Below are positions 39,104 through 53,348 of a stretch of DNA of 64,000 bases, one piece after another. The notes under the pieces are model-generated. The model did no database searches. It saw only the letters and a list, made by a program, of their open reading frames with translations, and was not told the DNA's origin. A program made the position numbers and the translations under genes. Every line of letters begins with the position of its first letter. Position 1 is the stretch's first letter. The stretch is from Octopus vulgaris (Eukaryota), in assembly GCA_951406725.2 (NCBI GenBank), contig OX597820.1, forward strand, positions 2,790,001-2,854,000, given 5' to 3'.

Positions 39104-41349
39104 TTTATATTAAAGTATGTCGACCTTATTGTCACGGTTGGGATGCCTGTATGTTATTCTCTTTTATGGTGGTTTATTGTGCTTGAAATGATAAATTCAT
39201 GCAGCATTTACTGTGATTTGCGTTCGACAATTTGGTCACCAGCTGTGTCCATTGTTTCTCAGACAAAACCAGGTTTTGTAGTAGTTTATATAAATCTTTA
39301 TTTTATTGCTTTTCGTAGCAGGTAGCGAACCATACGAAACACACCTAGAATACGTATTCCTAATATCTATATATTTTAATAAAGATAAATAGTTATTTCA
39401 TTAGTGAATGACATAAGCCTTTATTGTTAGAGCTTGACATTAATAGGTAATTAATCCCCGAAGGGGAATTATGAGCCGTAACGTATTAGGTCAGAATAGA
39501 AACCTCTTCTTTAAAGAAGCTTTTTATTCAAGCGTTATGTTGGGTAACGATCGACAGAGTACGATCGCGAATAGAAGTGGCGGAAATGGGTTCCATCGAA
39601 GGATCTCTGGATCAACAGGATGCGTATCTCGTAGATCAGGGGTCTTTCCAGATCGAGCTGGTATTTCGAGCTCACAGATCCGGTACTTTGGGCATTTGAT
39701 TAGAATGGCGCACGAAAGAATCGCAAGACGGCTTCTTGAAGCCGAGTTAACCGGGAGGAGACCTACGAGTAGACCGGTCACGCTCCGTCCATAAATTATC
39801 ATGATGGTTACTCTCATGATCGGATCCTGTTGTGTGCATGTATGTGTAGGAGTACCGACAATTCAGCACCTGACAATTCAAAACATAGACAATTCAGCGT
39901 ATGTAACATATGTAATTCATTATTGCATTATACTGGTGTTGGTTGATTATCAAAAACACAAGCACGTGCAACCTGCGGACACAGCAGTCATGGAAGAGAT
40001 TAACTCTACGTAAACAAAGAGCATACACGAAACAAACACCAGCAAATAAACATGAACATATATATAAATATATATGAAACGATGACTACACCTTTTGAAT
40101 CTTCTACGAAAATTTAACTAGTTAACTACAGGTTCAAAGTAGGGGGATCAGTAAAATTGATCCACCGTTTAATATTTATTGCTTTAGTATTTAAAAAAAA
40201 ATATTTTATATTTCAAATATATTAAATATTTTAAAATATTTTGATTCAATAGACTTAGACTGAGTTTCATCCCCAAAATAACCTTTACCTTTGTCCAATA
40301 AGATGCTCTGCGCTGAATTACTTGCGCTGAATCGCCGCGTTTCGTTATTTGTATTTTGCGCTAGAGTATTCCTATTCGTTCGATGTCCGCTCTGTTTTAG
40401 GTGGTCGTCAACTCTAGACTTTTCCCGCTCGCGCCCTCAGTCGCTCTCGACTTCTCTTTATTCCGCTGATGAACGATCGATTCGTTCCGTTTATAAAATG
40501 GCAAACTTTTTTTTTTACTGTGGACGTAAGTTACTGTTTCAGTTTACTCAGTCTATATTCCTTACAACTATTTACGTTCTGAGTTTAAATGCTTTTGAGA
40601 TCGACTTTACCTTCCATCTTTTCGGGGTCGATAAAATAAGTACCAGTTGATCACTGGGGTCGAGGTCATCGATTCCCCCCACCTTTAAAAAAATCTCAAA
40701 CATTGTACCTGTAGTAGAAAAGAAAAATAAAGCTATTGTTGTTTTGCGTCCTGTTAGCTCTGATTATGCAAAGGTCTGCCTGATCAAGGCTGACCAGATG
40801 TATTCTAAAAGTATTCCAGAAATGCTTCGTCCAAATGTATCATCATCAATCGCTGCACATCACTGTCTTGTGCCCCAGGACTCATGAGGCCCGTTGCCCG
40901 GCTTCCATGGCCTATAAGTGTCAGGGGTCACAACATTCCCCAGAACAGGACACCAATCTATTGTAGGGATGGTGACCCATTTACAGCTGAATGGACAGGA
41001 GCAACGTGAAATGAAGTGTTTTGCTCAAGAACACGATGCACCGCTCGGTCCTGGAATCGAAATCCCATCCCAACCACTAGGCCACCAACCTTTGCGTCCA
41101 ATGTGTACCTGTTTTAAAAAGGTAGGGTGTGATTTTAAGAAATTTGGTTGCTATTCCTAGAAGGTCGAGAGAGTGCACAGAGGCTTTTTGTTGGCTCCAG
41201 TTATTATTAATGTCACCGCTGATGCGTAATTAACCATTTCAATAGCTTCGTGACAACTCCACTGAGTTGTAATTTAAAAAGCTTATTTTGTATATTTATA
41301 TCACATAGCAGGTCATTCATGTAAGCATTTAACAACAGAATATTTTCTG

Positions 41350-42330
41350 TCCCTGAAAATTTATAAAAAGACCAGTCTTAAGGATGCGGTCCTAGCGATA
41401 TTAAGGATGTGATTTCCCTAGGGAGATCCTCGGTTTCAGCGAGGTTTCACATGAGCGACCACGAGAAGAGAGTTCTAGTTGTGTGTTGTCCTTGTTTAAT
41501 GGGGTATGGCCAGTTTATGCTTTCTTGGTAGGAATAGATTTTGTGTTTGTTATTTTCGCAGTTGAAAGAATCAGGATTGGTGTTATTCCTGTCGGAGGAT
41601 CCTTCGACGTTGCTGTTAATGGAATCAGTGCAGTTTGGGCTTGTGGTGTCTCGGTTGCATGGAAATTCCAGGGAAGAATCTTCTGCGTAAGAGTATGCAT
41701 TGTCTGATACAAGGGCAAGTAGGTTAATGATGTGCAGAAGGATGAGACAAAACCGAACCCTACGTCGCACCAGAGGTGACAGAATGAGGGAGAGAAAGAG
41801 GTCCGTCAAGAGAAACCGTAATAACGTAATCTGATAAATAGCTAATGAATAAAGAGATGAAAGACAAATGGCAGGTTAGCCAAATACGACCCAAAAAAGT
41901 TTGTTGATGTCGAGACCGACAACGTTGCTTTCAATAAATCATTCCAAGTCTAGAACATTCTGCTGTGTAATGGGTGAATAAGTCTTTATGGAAGCATTGA
42001 ATCAAAATTCTCAGTTTTTCGCTCAAACAAAGGTCAATGGACCAGGTAATTACGAATTTGTGAGGACTTGTCTCACGCATTTTCTATTGGGACTGATAAA
42101 TGAATGTTTGTGCTTGTAATAACGGTTTTTGAATGTTCGTATACTATCAACATTGCCAGGTAAGTTACCATCTGGTGGACAGTTCCCGCGAGTTCGACAG
42201 TCGCATGATCTTTATTGGCTAACTGTTTGCATTTGTCTTCTATTCAAATCCTTGCAAGCTGAATAACTAACCTCAACACAGTTCCTATTCAATCCAGTTC
42301 CTATATACAATACATATTGCTTATATTTTA
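41350..42330 (-). mobile_element. Old decayed LINE RT fragment
   Basis: Degenerate RT motifs (LHIINLL...SYAEDSSL; LDINKLF) with many disruptions. Confidence 0.5.
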
Positions 42331-42634
42331 CGTATCTTCAATACAATATATATCCCGTCCTTATGTATAAAGTGATTGCTAAAATATGATTTAATTTCTT
42401 TTACCTTTTATTTGTTTCACTCATTGAACGGCGACCATGCTGGAGCACGCCTTGAAGGGTATTGTCGAAAAAATCGATTCCAGTACTTATTTTTAAGTCT
42501 GGTACTTATTCTATAGGTCTCTTTTGTCGAACCGCTAAGTTGCAGGGACGTAAACAAAACAAACCAAAGCAGTGGTGGTGGACGAACACAACACACACAC
42601 ACATTATATATGTCTGTATATATGTATATGTAAA

Positions 42635-42674
<40 letters not shown>

Positions 42675-42895
42675 CACACACACACACGAGAAATTTCTGT
42701 CAGTTTCTACCAAATCCACTTATAATGTTTTTGTCGGCCTGGGGTTATAATAGAAGACCCTTGCCCAAGGTGCAGCACATAGGAACTGAACCCAAGACCA
42801 CACGGTTGGGAAGCAAACTTCTTACCCACACAGCCATGTTTGTACAGATATAAATGTTAAGATATAATAGGTACTCTTGCAAGAATTTTACTTAC

Positions 42896-42961
42896 CATCA
42901 ATGGAACCGTCAGATAAAGTAGAATATTGATGCGGAGGTGAGGTCGTTGTGGTTTCCGGTT
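42896..42961 (-). CDS. Orphan type II membrane protein, short Thr-rich exon
   Basis: Long polypyrimidine tract then gaag acceptor; 66 nt, phase 1/1; (E)PETTTTSPPHQYSTLSDGSID; donor G/GTAAGT. Confidence 0.72.
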
Positions 42962-43814
42962 CTTCAGCAATAATGTTTGACCAAACGAAAAATGAGAAAA
43001 AGAAAAAAAAGAAAAAAATATTGTTTTGTGCGATGTTAAGCATAGCTTGCCATAATCTTCGTTGCTTCATAACAACACAGCGTCCTCCCATACAGATCAA
43101 AATATAGCCACATAATTTTTCTAAATGTTATTATCAGACAACACAGCTTTGAATAAAATACATTTATGTAGAGTCATGCTTGATACACACGCACACACGC
43201 AACTGGCATTCGGTCAGTTATGATAATGAGGTTTCCAGTTGATCCAATCAGAGGAAGTTTGCTCGTGAAATTAACGTGCGAGTGGCTGAGCACTCCCACA
43301 TACAAGGGGACCCTTAACGTAGCTCTGCGGGAGATTCAGCAGCTGAATGTTCAGTAAGCCGTGCCAAATGACGAGCGCCTGAACAGCTGCGCCCGACTCT
43401 ACCGACAAGAACACATGGCTGCGAAGCAAACTTTAAACACCCGACTAAATCCATTTCCTACAACCTAATATATATATATATATATATATTCTTTTACTTG
43501 TTTCAGTCATTTGACTTCGGCCATGCTGGAACACCACCTTTGAGCCGAAGAAACCGACTCCAGGACTTATTCTTTGTAAGCCTGGTACTTAGTCTATCAA
43601 ACTCTTTTGCCGAACCGCTAAGTTACGAGGACGTAAACACACCAGCATCGGCTGTCAAGTGATTGTTGGTGGGGTGGACAAACACATACATCATATATCT
43701 ATATCTATCTATCTACCTACACACACGCACACACACACACACACATATATATATTATATTAAATTAGAGATAAAACCACTATTAGGCAAATCATACAATG
43801 AAAAACTTAAGCCA

Positions 43815-43855
<41 letters not shown>

Positions 43856-44068
43856 GCGGGCTTCTTTCAGTTTACGGCTACCAAATCCACACACAAGGCC
43901 TTGGTCGGTCCGAGGCGACGCAGTGGGACTGAACCCGGAACTCTGTGGCTGGAAAGCAAGCTTCTTACCACACAGCCACGCCTGCGCTTATAAATATAAC
44001 TGGAATTCCTTCATAATGAAGATATTTAAATATTTATAATGATGATTTTTATAAATATTTCATCTCAC

Positions 44069-44356
44069 CTGTGTTAGTAACGGAATGTTTATCTGTAACA
44101 CGTTTCGAAGCAGAAGTGTCCGTTGATAGATCTTTCACATTTGATATGTTTGTGTAAGGCGGAAAAGATGGCGGAGTGGTGCCAAGCGTCGTTTTCGGTT
44201 TTTTGGTAAAAGATTCCGAGTTTGTTTTCGAAGAACTTTTTGTATTCTGCACAGAAGTTGTTGTTTCTGTTTTAATTTTTTCAGTTTCTGTTGGAACATC
44301 CGTCGAAGCTGTTGTCACTGGTTCAGTTGTATTTAATAAATTACCCCGGTTTTTCT
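44069..44356 (-). CDS. Orphan type II membrane protein, Thr/Ser-rich mucin-like exon
   Basis: Acceptor ctctgttctgtctgcag; 288 nt, phase 1/1; (E)KNRGNLLNTTEPVTTASTDVPTETEKIKTETTTS...SVTNT; donor G/GTGAGA. Confidence 0.8.
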
Positions 44357-45244
44357 CTGCAGACAGAACAGAGACAGAAATATTGGTTTCAAATTACATA
44401 TATATGTAACGGCAACACTATTCGTTGTTGCAGATGTGCAAGATGAAAGATCAGTGATCGAAGTTGTAAAGGAATATTTATTTACCGTTACTTTAATATA
44501 TGCCATACCACGACGGGTAGGCTAGTGTAATAGTATATAACATAGTTCGTAAAGCATGCAAGGTAAAGAAAGTTAATTTTGGCCTGAATATGTGTGTACA
44601 TGACCTCATAGTAGTATATACAGAGAGATATGGTAATGTTACAGAGGAAAGAAAGGGAGTTAGTGAAAGTGAGAGTGGTGGGATGAAACAACTGCTTCGT
44701 TGGTGAGTTACCATAGTTGTCCCTTTGTGCCTTTCCCTATAGAGACGGCATTTTGTTCAGCCGGTTGGCCAGACTGGCTTACGAAGTTCTTGTTTTTATA
44801 ACTATCCAAAACCAGCTAGAAGGATAGACATATTGTTGAGACCAATAGATTTCGTTGGGAGTTCTGTTATCTCTATTCTAGCTTTTGGTGGCCTAGAAGA
44901 GGTTAGAAGGGTCAAGTGGCAAAGACATTATTCTGCTTAGTGAGGGCATCTGACAAAAGTAACTGCTGTCACTCACAGACAATCTATTGTTTTACCGTGA
45001 GAAAAGTGCTGTTGAACTGTTGAGTGAAATTTGGCTATCGAGGATCAAATCCGCGCTATGCCTGCATGAAACCATTACACACACACAGACACACACACAC
45101 ACACACATATGCATATACGTAAATGCCGAACGCTGAAAATGAGAGGTCAACACTGCATTTGTGGTAAGCTCTTTACCACACACCCTGCGCCTATATATAT
45201 ATATATATATTGTATGTATGTATGTATGTGTATGTGTGTATGTC

Positions 45245-45275
<31 letters not shown>

Positions 45276-46515
45276 TTATGAGAATTCCTTGATACAGTTT
45301 TGAAGTGTAAAGGTGAATGTTTTTAAAAAAACCATCTTTTAAAACTGTTACAAAGTCTTTTACCAGGATGTTACTAACCTTTTCAAGGAAGAAGTCTTCC
45401 CCCCACCCTAATATGTGAGTGCTTTCGATTAACCTTTTCAAACACGTTTGCTCTTAAAGAGGAAGTTGTTATTTTTGTAGTAGTACAAGCATATTCGCAT
45501 TTGTCATTGAAAATATTTCATCTGTTTCGCAAGATTCTTTTGGAAACCACGCGTTGAGAGAAATATTGGACTTGGAAGGGTGCACTCCGCTAATCAGAAC
45601 ATATGCACTGATTGCACTCCAGTTTTTTTAAACAATAGCAAAATGGTTAAAAATTAATAACAAAACAGTAAGCTGCAGTCAGTGTGTGTGTTTTCTTTGG
45701 CAGAATGACTTTCCCAAACTAAGGTAATATCTATATTTCTATTGAGAGAATAATACAGATTCATGCGATTATATACTTTTGCCATCCGCTTCTTGCTGCC
45801 CGAATTTCATCTCTTTTTCTTGGATGTAGTCAACGCTTCTGCTCTTCAGACTTAAGGATAACAGTAAAAATACTCGAACCAACGAGGGCACCTCAACATC
45901 GTTGTTTGACCTGCTAGAAATAGCAGCTATGTTCGCTCTTATCGTCTTAACAAAGGGACGGACACATCGGCTAATGTTATTCTGGGATAGCTATGGCAGA
46001 AATGCCTTTGATCATAGGTATACTCAACCAGGACTGATTTGGAGTCAAACAACAACGACATAAATGTCTTTTTTATGTTTTATCTTTTGCGTTTCACGGC
46101 CATTGGACTGCGGCCATGCTGGGACAACGCCTTGTCGGGTTTTAGTTGAACAAATTGACCTAGTATTTATTGTTCAGTCTGGTACTTATTTTACAGGTCT
46201 CTTATGCCGATCCGCTAATGTTACGGGGATGTAAATAGACCAACACCGGCTGTCAAGTGGTGGTGGTGTGGAGAAACACACACACACACACACACACACA
46301 CATATGCAACAGGCTTCCACACAATTTCCGTCCACCAAATTCACTCATAAGGCATTGGCCGACCCGAAGGCTATAGTAGAAGCCTCCTGCCAAGGTGCTG
46401 TGAAGTGGGACTGAACCTGAAATCACGTGGTTGCAAAGCGAGCTCCCTAATCACACAGCCACGCTTTAATATTTTTTTAAGAATTTAATAAAATAAAAAA
46501 AAACCTGAAGATTAC

Positions 46516-46708
46516 CGCTGGAGAGAAAGAACAAGGAGGCCACAGCACCGAGAAAAAACAGGAAGAAAACCACCAGAGAAGCGAGCAGCACTTTTAAGCA
46601 GCAACCACCACATCCACCTCTCCTCCGTCTCCTCCGTCTCCTTCGCCTGGTGTCATCGATGCTGACAGAACGGATATTCCTGCTGCCGCGGAAATATCGA
46701 AGCGGTAA
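46516..46708 (-). CDS. Orphan type II membrane protein, poly-Arg/Cys + transmembrane exon
   Basis: Acceptor gtttgttgcag; LPLRYFRGSRNIRSVSIDDT-R10-GGCGGCCLK-VLLASLVVFFLFFLGAVASLFFL-SS; donor G/GTAATC, phase 1. Confidence 0.75.
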
Positions 46709-47466
46709 CTGCAACAAACGGTAAAGTTTATTAATGGCGTGTATTTTATCAAAAGGTTCAAACAATTAAAATTTTGATGCGGAGCCAACAGAATTTGAGG
46801 GGAGGGGGGGAAGCCATTGACTTCGACCTCGGTATTTAACTGGTACTTATTTTAACGGCCCCGAAAGAATGAAAGATAAAGTCGAACTTGATGGAATTTG
46901 AACTGAGGGCCCAAAAGAGGATGAAATGCCACGAAGCATCGTGTCCGGCGTGTTGATGATTGTGGCAGCTCACCCCCCCCACCCTGAATAGAATTAATAA
47001 TTACTGATCTAAAATTTTGGCACACGGCCAGCAATTTCGGGGGAGGGGATAAGTTGACGACGTTGACCCAAGTGAGCAACTGGTACTTATTTTATCGACC
47101 CCGAAAGGATGAAAGGTAAGGCAGAATTTGAACATCAGAACGTAAGAACGGACGAAATGCTGCTAAGCATTTTGTCCGGTGAGCTAACGGTTCTGGCGAC
47201 TGCCTTAAGTTTCAAACAAATAATAAAAGAAAGATGGATGTCATCTGCTATTATTTATTCTTTTATTTGTTTCAGTTATTTGACTGCGGTCATGCTGGAG
47301 CATCGCCTTTAATCGAGCAAATCGACACCAGGACTTATTCTTTGTAAGCCTAGTACTTATTTATTGGTCTCTCTTGCTGAACTGCTTAGTTACGGGGACG
47401 TAAACACACCAGCATCGGTTGTCAAGCGATGTTGGGGGGACAAATACAGACACACAAAACGTATAC

Positions 47467-47580
<114 letters not shown>

Positions 47581-48097
47581 GACGGGCTTCTTTCAGTTTC
47601 CGTCTACCAAATCCACTCACAAGGCTTTGGTCGGCAGGAGGTTATAATAGAAGACACTTGCCAAGGTGCCATGCAGTGGGACTGAACCCGGAACGATGTG
47701 GTTGGTAAGCAAGCTACTTACCACAGAGCCATTCCTGCGCCTATTTATATTGAAGTTTGCTAAAGTTTCCAAATAACGGCAGCATCAAAAATTCGAGATG
47801 CTGTAATTGTGAATATTCCGTTGTTTAGGAAGTGTCTTAAAATACGTTTATCACCCAAAGGTAGGACAAATAACTGCAAGTGTACAAACAACTACAGGTA
47901 TAGTAAACTGAATTCTACTCTATTATTTTTTTGAATGCGTTGTAAGTCTGCCAGGTGTGAAATTGGTAGAATTTTGATGGGAATGTTCCATCAACATTCC
48001 TTGAGTTGATATGTATTTAATTAAAATGTATTGGTTTATGTTTATTCTGGGAGTAGCTGAAACAGTGTGCTTTATTTCAGCAACTGCATCATGTTGT

Positions 48098-48164
<67 letters not shown>

Positions 48165-48265
48165 TAAAAACGGTAAGATAACAAAAGAAAGAAAAAGACC
48201 TCAATTTTATGTAAATAGAGGAACATATCAGTAAATGTAATATGTGACAATTATTCGGTAGCCAA

Positions 48266-48326
48266 GATAAAACTCTGAGTTTCGGATGCCGAGGTGGAAA
48301 TCCACGCCACCATCTCTTCAGTTATC
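48266..48326 (-). ncRNA. Hammerhead ribozyme in the 3' terminal repeat of the Penelope-like element
   Basis: GATAA-CTGAAGA-GATG..CATC-C-GAAA-CTC A GAG-TT-TTATC. Confidence 0.85.
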
Positions 48327-50938
48327 CGGCCATCGGAAAAACGCTATGAAAAATGACCGTTATACAAAGAGAAATTACTGTGTTATTGACCGCTATTTAG
48401 ACAAAAGCGCTATTCGAATGACCGCTAATTAAGGTAGGGGATAAAAAGTTCATAGTATACGCGTAAGTGCGCCTGTTCATACCTACACATGTGCGCCCGG
48501 ATACCCACGTGCGTACGCATACATTCATCGACCCTCACTAGAAAAACGTACACATCTTCACTCGCATCTTTCGCCAAATGTATATGCATATACATACAAA
48601 CCCACACACACACGCGCACCGTAAAAGTTCATACATACGTCTACATACGCACAAGCACAAGAAAAAACAGGGTTACGGGTAACAATGCAGAAAAAAGGCA
48701 TAAGGAAGTATACAAAGAGTAAGCGACGTTTATATACGCACATACCCTTATGCACGCACACACACACACGCCCATATATTCACATACCTGCACACGTCTA
48801 TATACGCATACACACACACGCACGCATAAAAAGGATTATACATACGTCTAAAAAAAACACAGGAAAAATTGTAAAAACACTGAGTAAAATACGTCTATAT
48901 ATATATGTACTCGTATGCACTCACACACGCACACATCTATGTACATACATACCCGCACACACGTACACATCCACACGTGCGTACAAAGGATTCCATATAC
49001 ACGTCTATATAGGCACAGGGAAAAATTCAGGGTGGAAGGTAGAGTACAGAAAAAATTATGTGTAAAAAATATATCTATAAATCAAATTCTCTATAATATA
49101 TGTATAAAAAATATATAAATAAAATAAAAGTAAAAGGTATAATGAGATAAAAAAAACTTGTGCGTGGACATAATATAGAAAGCAAGTTCTATCTGTAATC
49201 TTGAGGGGGACCAAAAACGTAACAAAAATTTGGTCACATGTGAGCATGATCCGAAAACTTCTGTCCTTGAATTTAGACATGTAGCGGGGTCTAAGCTGCT
49301 TTTCCAGATGAGCCATCTTTCCATGTCGCATAGACCACACTTTCCGCTGCCGTTGGTGTAGGGCTTACATTTGGCTAAAATCTTCCAATGGATGTTGTAA
49401 CTGACACCTTTATCTTTTAATGACCATATATGACTGGATAATTTGGTAATTTTCCTTTTGTCCCAAGGTGTGATTATTGAACCTGGCCTTGAAATTACCC
49501 TCTGTAAGGCCCACGTATTTCTTCGTTGAAATCGTGTCTTTAGTGGGTATAGAGTCCACGGTAGCTTCGTAGATGATGGTCTCGGACATGCAAGCTCCAT
49601 TTAGCGGGCATAAATTTTTATCTCTGCATGAACAGCTGTTTTCGTATTGTGATTTTTGTGTGTTGTGTGCGATTGTATTTTTAAAATTGGTAGTTGAGCT
49701 GAAATTAATTTTTAAGTTGTGTTTATTGAAGAGCTTTCTGTAAGTATGGTTAACTGGACAATGTCTATCTATCGGTGCTAAGAAATACTTGCCTATATTG
49801 AAGGTCACCCCGGAGGGAGGTGTGAACCAGATGATCTTCCTATTCCTATTTCTCCTCTTATTTATTGCTGGGCTAGTGATAGGTGTGTAGGTTATTTCTT
49901 CACTAAAACCACTATTTTTTAGAGCCTTATTATATACTGGGGCAACGCTATTAAAAATATCCTTATCGGAGGAGAGGCTAGAAATTCCCTTGCTAATGTT
50001 TTTAATTAAATTTTTAATTACTATAGGGGGATGGCATGAACCTACATTAATATAACTAAGTCTATCATTGGGCTTCATATAAGGCTTATAAATGTTCTTA
50101 TTTAGATCTAAGGATACGTCTAGGAAATTGACAACCGTCAGGTTGGTATCTATAGTTATACTAAGTCCGAAGTTTTTCATTAAATGGATAGTATCCTTCC
50201 TAAATCGATCCTGAGCTGGTCCATTTGTATTAGTGGTTAAGGCGAGGGCATCATTTTTGTAGACGGCGAAATATACATCAGGAAAGGTCTTACCCAACGT
50301 ATCGAGTAGAAATAATCCAATAAGATCGCAAATGCCTGCTCCATCATATGACCCCATGCTCACATCGAAAGCACCCTCTGTGTCGGTAGTTTTGACCCAC
50401 TCTGCGTTCTTGCTGAAAAGTAATGTATTTCTAGCATGGAAGATTATATCCTTATCCTGTGTACTGATTTCTATGAAGTCGCTAGCGAAGACGAGGGCTT
50501 TATCTAGCAGTTCTTTAAAGATAGAGGCATAAAAATCGACAATATCTAATTGTGTAAACCTCGCTTTTTTCTTATTCTCAATGGCTTTAAACCAGTCGAC
50601 GACTTCTATACTATTGGATCATTGTACAAGCCTAGTGGCGGTCTTAATTTTCGCATTTATTTTTCCTAAAATTTCTTTACTAATAATGCCAAGTTCTGAT
50701 TTAGCAGGGTTAATAAGCCTACATTTAGGGTTGGATAGGAAGCTCTCTTTGTGGTCTTTGATTGTAATAAAGGCCTCTTTGTTGGGAAGGACCTCTATTT
50801 TTTAATCTAATTTAAGTCTAGCGGCGACAACGCTAGCTTCTTTGTTAATTTCGTAATAGGTCTGTGGCCTTGCCTTGGTGTAATTATTAATGATGCTGTT
50901 GTGTAAGAGTTGTAAATATTTGCTGTGAATATTGGCCG

Positions 50939-50999
50939 GATAACTGAAGAGATGGTGGTGTGGATTTCCACCTCGGCATCCGAAACTCAGAGTTTTATC
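50939..50999 (+). ncRNA. Hammerhead ribozyme in the inverted 5' terminal repeat of the Penelope-like element
   Basis: Near-identical inverted copy of 48266-48326. Confidence 0.85.
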
Positions 51000-51025
51000 T
51001 TGGCTACCGAATAATTGTCACATAT

Positions 51026-51128
<103 letters not shown>

Positions 51129-51828
51129 ATGCATATATGGGTACAATACATAAAAAAACGAAACGTAGACAAAATGAGAAACGAGAACACAAAAAACAAA
51201 AACATAGAAAACGAACATTTTTCGAACAACGAAAGAAACAAACAAACAGGGAAGCGAGACAAGCAACATAAAGAACAATCCCTTCATCAGTTGTCCCCTG
51301 TTTTATCTACTCCGCGTTTCAAAAGTAGGGACAAGATGTGACTTTGGGATTTTTTTGCGGTGGTAACAAAAACAGGACAGCGAGAACAAAACAGTAAAAA
51401 CAAACGGTGAGGCTGTTAAGCCAAGGATGTTGCACTAACGATCGCCAGATCGCTGGTTCGATTCCCCGACAGGGCGTTGCGTTGTGTTCTTGAGCAAAAC
51501 ACTTCATTCCACATTGCTTGGTGATCATTTCGACACACTAGCGTTGTTAGGGGGCGGGGCGGCACTTTTAAAAGGGCACCACCTTTGGGTCTGCTGTAGG
51601 CAATATGTTTTTTTTTTTTTGTGGTGTCCGGGGGTGGGGCTACGCTAGTGTTTCTACATCTGACGTGTGGCACACCTGTACACCTTTACAGGTAATGTCG
51701 ATTTGATTGAGGGAAGCGAGCTTATGTGCAACACTACAACTTGATCACTCTAAACAAATCATCTGTGGTTGTCCGGCAAGGAATGGCGGAATCCTCGTCT
51801 GTCGTTTAACGACGGGAGATTCCATATT

Positions 51829-51941
<113 letters not shown>

Positions 51942-52177
51942 CCTAACGTCCATCCAACTGACAGAAAAATGAAATGTGAGCAAAAAGTCGCCCTCCAGTC
52001 TTTAATTAAATCCTCAGATGACTGACGTTACACACTATTAACCGCATCCAGCAACCCTATGATTAAAATAACACACAATGAAATATTTCTAGAAAATTAA
52101 CGAGGCAGAATATTAGCAATAGATTATTTACATTATTTACATTTGACGGATATTTCTCCCCATCTGGTTTGTTGTTA

Positions 52178-52218
52178 ACACGTTTCGGCTGATATACCCT
52201 CCAGGCTTCATCAGGTGT
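52178..52218 (-). ncRNA. Degenerate hammerhead motif (cleavage triplet deleted)
   Basis: ACAC-CTGATGA-A-GCCTGG AGGGTATA TCAGCC-GAAA-C-GTGT; same family as 26561. Confidence 0.55.
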
Positions 52219-53132
52219 CTTGGGGGAAATTTCGAACCTGTATATTACAGAATGTGCAACCTACTGCCTCACATACCTTCCCGCTGGCCATATTTACTTA
52301 ATCCATTAACTGCCAAATTTTTTCACTCATATTTTTTGGATTTGCCAAATGTCTTAGGAGTTAAAACAATATATAATATTTAAATTTTCTTCATATGTGA
52401 ATTATTTTGGAAATTATAAATTTTTCGAAAAGTCCCAAACAAGTATATTTATCCTTTTCTATTCAATTGCAATAATAAACATTTTAGTTTTTTTTTTTTT
52501 GAAACTGTAGTATCAAATGCGAAGGTGTATGAAATATCAACGAATGATATAAATGGGAAATGCAAAAACAAAACAAAATACATTTTCAGAACAGTCAATA
52601 TTTTTGTAGTTCAAAAATTGCGATTTATGACATAAAATGTCCTCTAGAATTAACCAGAGCCAATAAGGACAAACTTTAACTGCTAAAATATTGTTAAGCC
52701 CACCTCTGCAAATACAATGTCCATAAGCAATTCACTTTAAATACAACGGACAGCCGGCTTATGGGGCTCATGGCAGGCAATGTGTTATTATATAACGATT
52801 AAAATTGCTCAGTTGATTAGTTGGCCGGTTGCAATATTTGTCATGGCATCTATAGTGTTGGGGAACTAACTTGGGCACCATTTCTCTGTCTCAGATGACT
52901 ACCATGTTGATTTTCCCCACAATCGCTAAGTGGCCCTGGATATCAGCCACAACTCATTTCACCGTCTGCCTTGATGCGTTTCAACAAAACGCCTCGTTCT
53001 GGTTTTATTTCTGCTGAGTTATACAAACATAATGACTCTTAAAAAGCTTATCTCAATCAACTGATTCAGTGAATATAAACATGATGATCTCTCTCTAGTG
53101 GCTTTGAAGATGACAATATTGTGAAAACCCAA

Positions 53133-53348
53133 AGGCGGCGAGCTGGCAGACACGTTAGCACGCCGGGCGAAATGCTCGGCGGTATTTCGTCTGTCTTTAC
53201 GTTCTGAGTTCAAATTCCGCCGAGGTCGACTTTGCCTTTCATCTTTTCGGGGTGTATAAATTAAATATTAGTTGCGAACTGGAATCGATCTAATCGACTG
53301 GCTCCTTCCCCCCAAATTTCGGGCCTTGTGCCTTGAGTAGAAAAGAAT
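53133..53348 (+). mobile_element. SINE family B (other copies, mostly tandem pairs, at 25236-25680, 26785-27190, 29215-29645, 46780-47205; single at 22035-22230)
   Basis: GGCGGCGAGCTGGCAGA...GAGTTCAAATTCC B box; central GCCTTTCATCCTTTCGGGGTCGATAAA block. Confidence 0.85.

Larger units (their letters stand above)
48161..51022 (-). mobile_element. Penelope-like retroelement, 5'-truncated and frameshifted, with inverted terminal repeat
   Basis: RT fragments (IVDFYASI, MGSYDGAGICDLIG, degenerate YKND, FLDV, YMKP); GIY-YIG endonuclease (IIYEA...KKYVGLTEGNFKARFNNH, CGLC...LNSRTE); hammerhead-bearing termini in opposite orientation; flanked by (TA)n. Confidence 0.92.

Noticed and set aside
45777-45850. 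Extra minus-strand exon (LKSRSVDYIQEKEMKFGQQEADGK)
   Set aside because: Weak splice sites and phase mismatch; the flanking exons already join in frame
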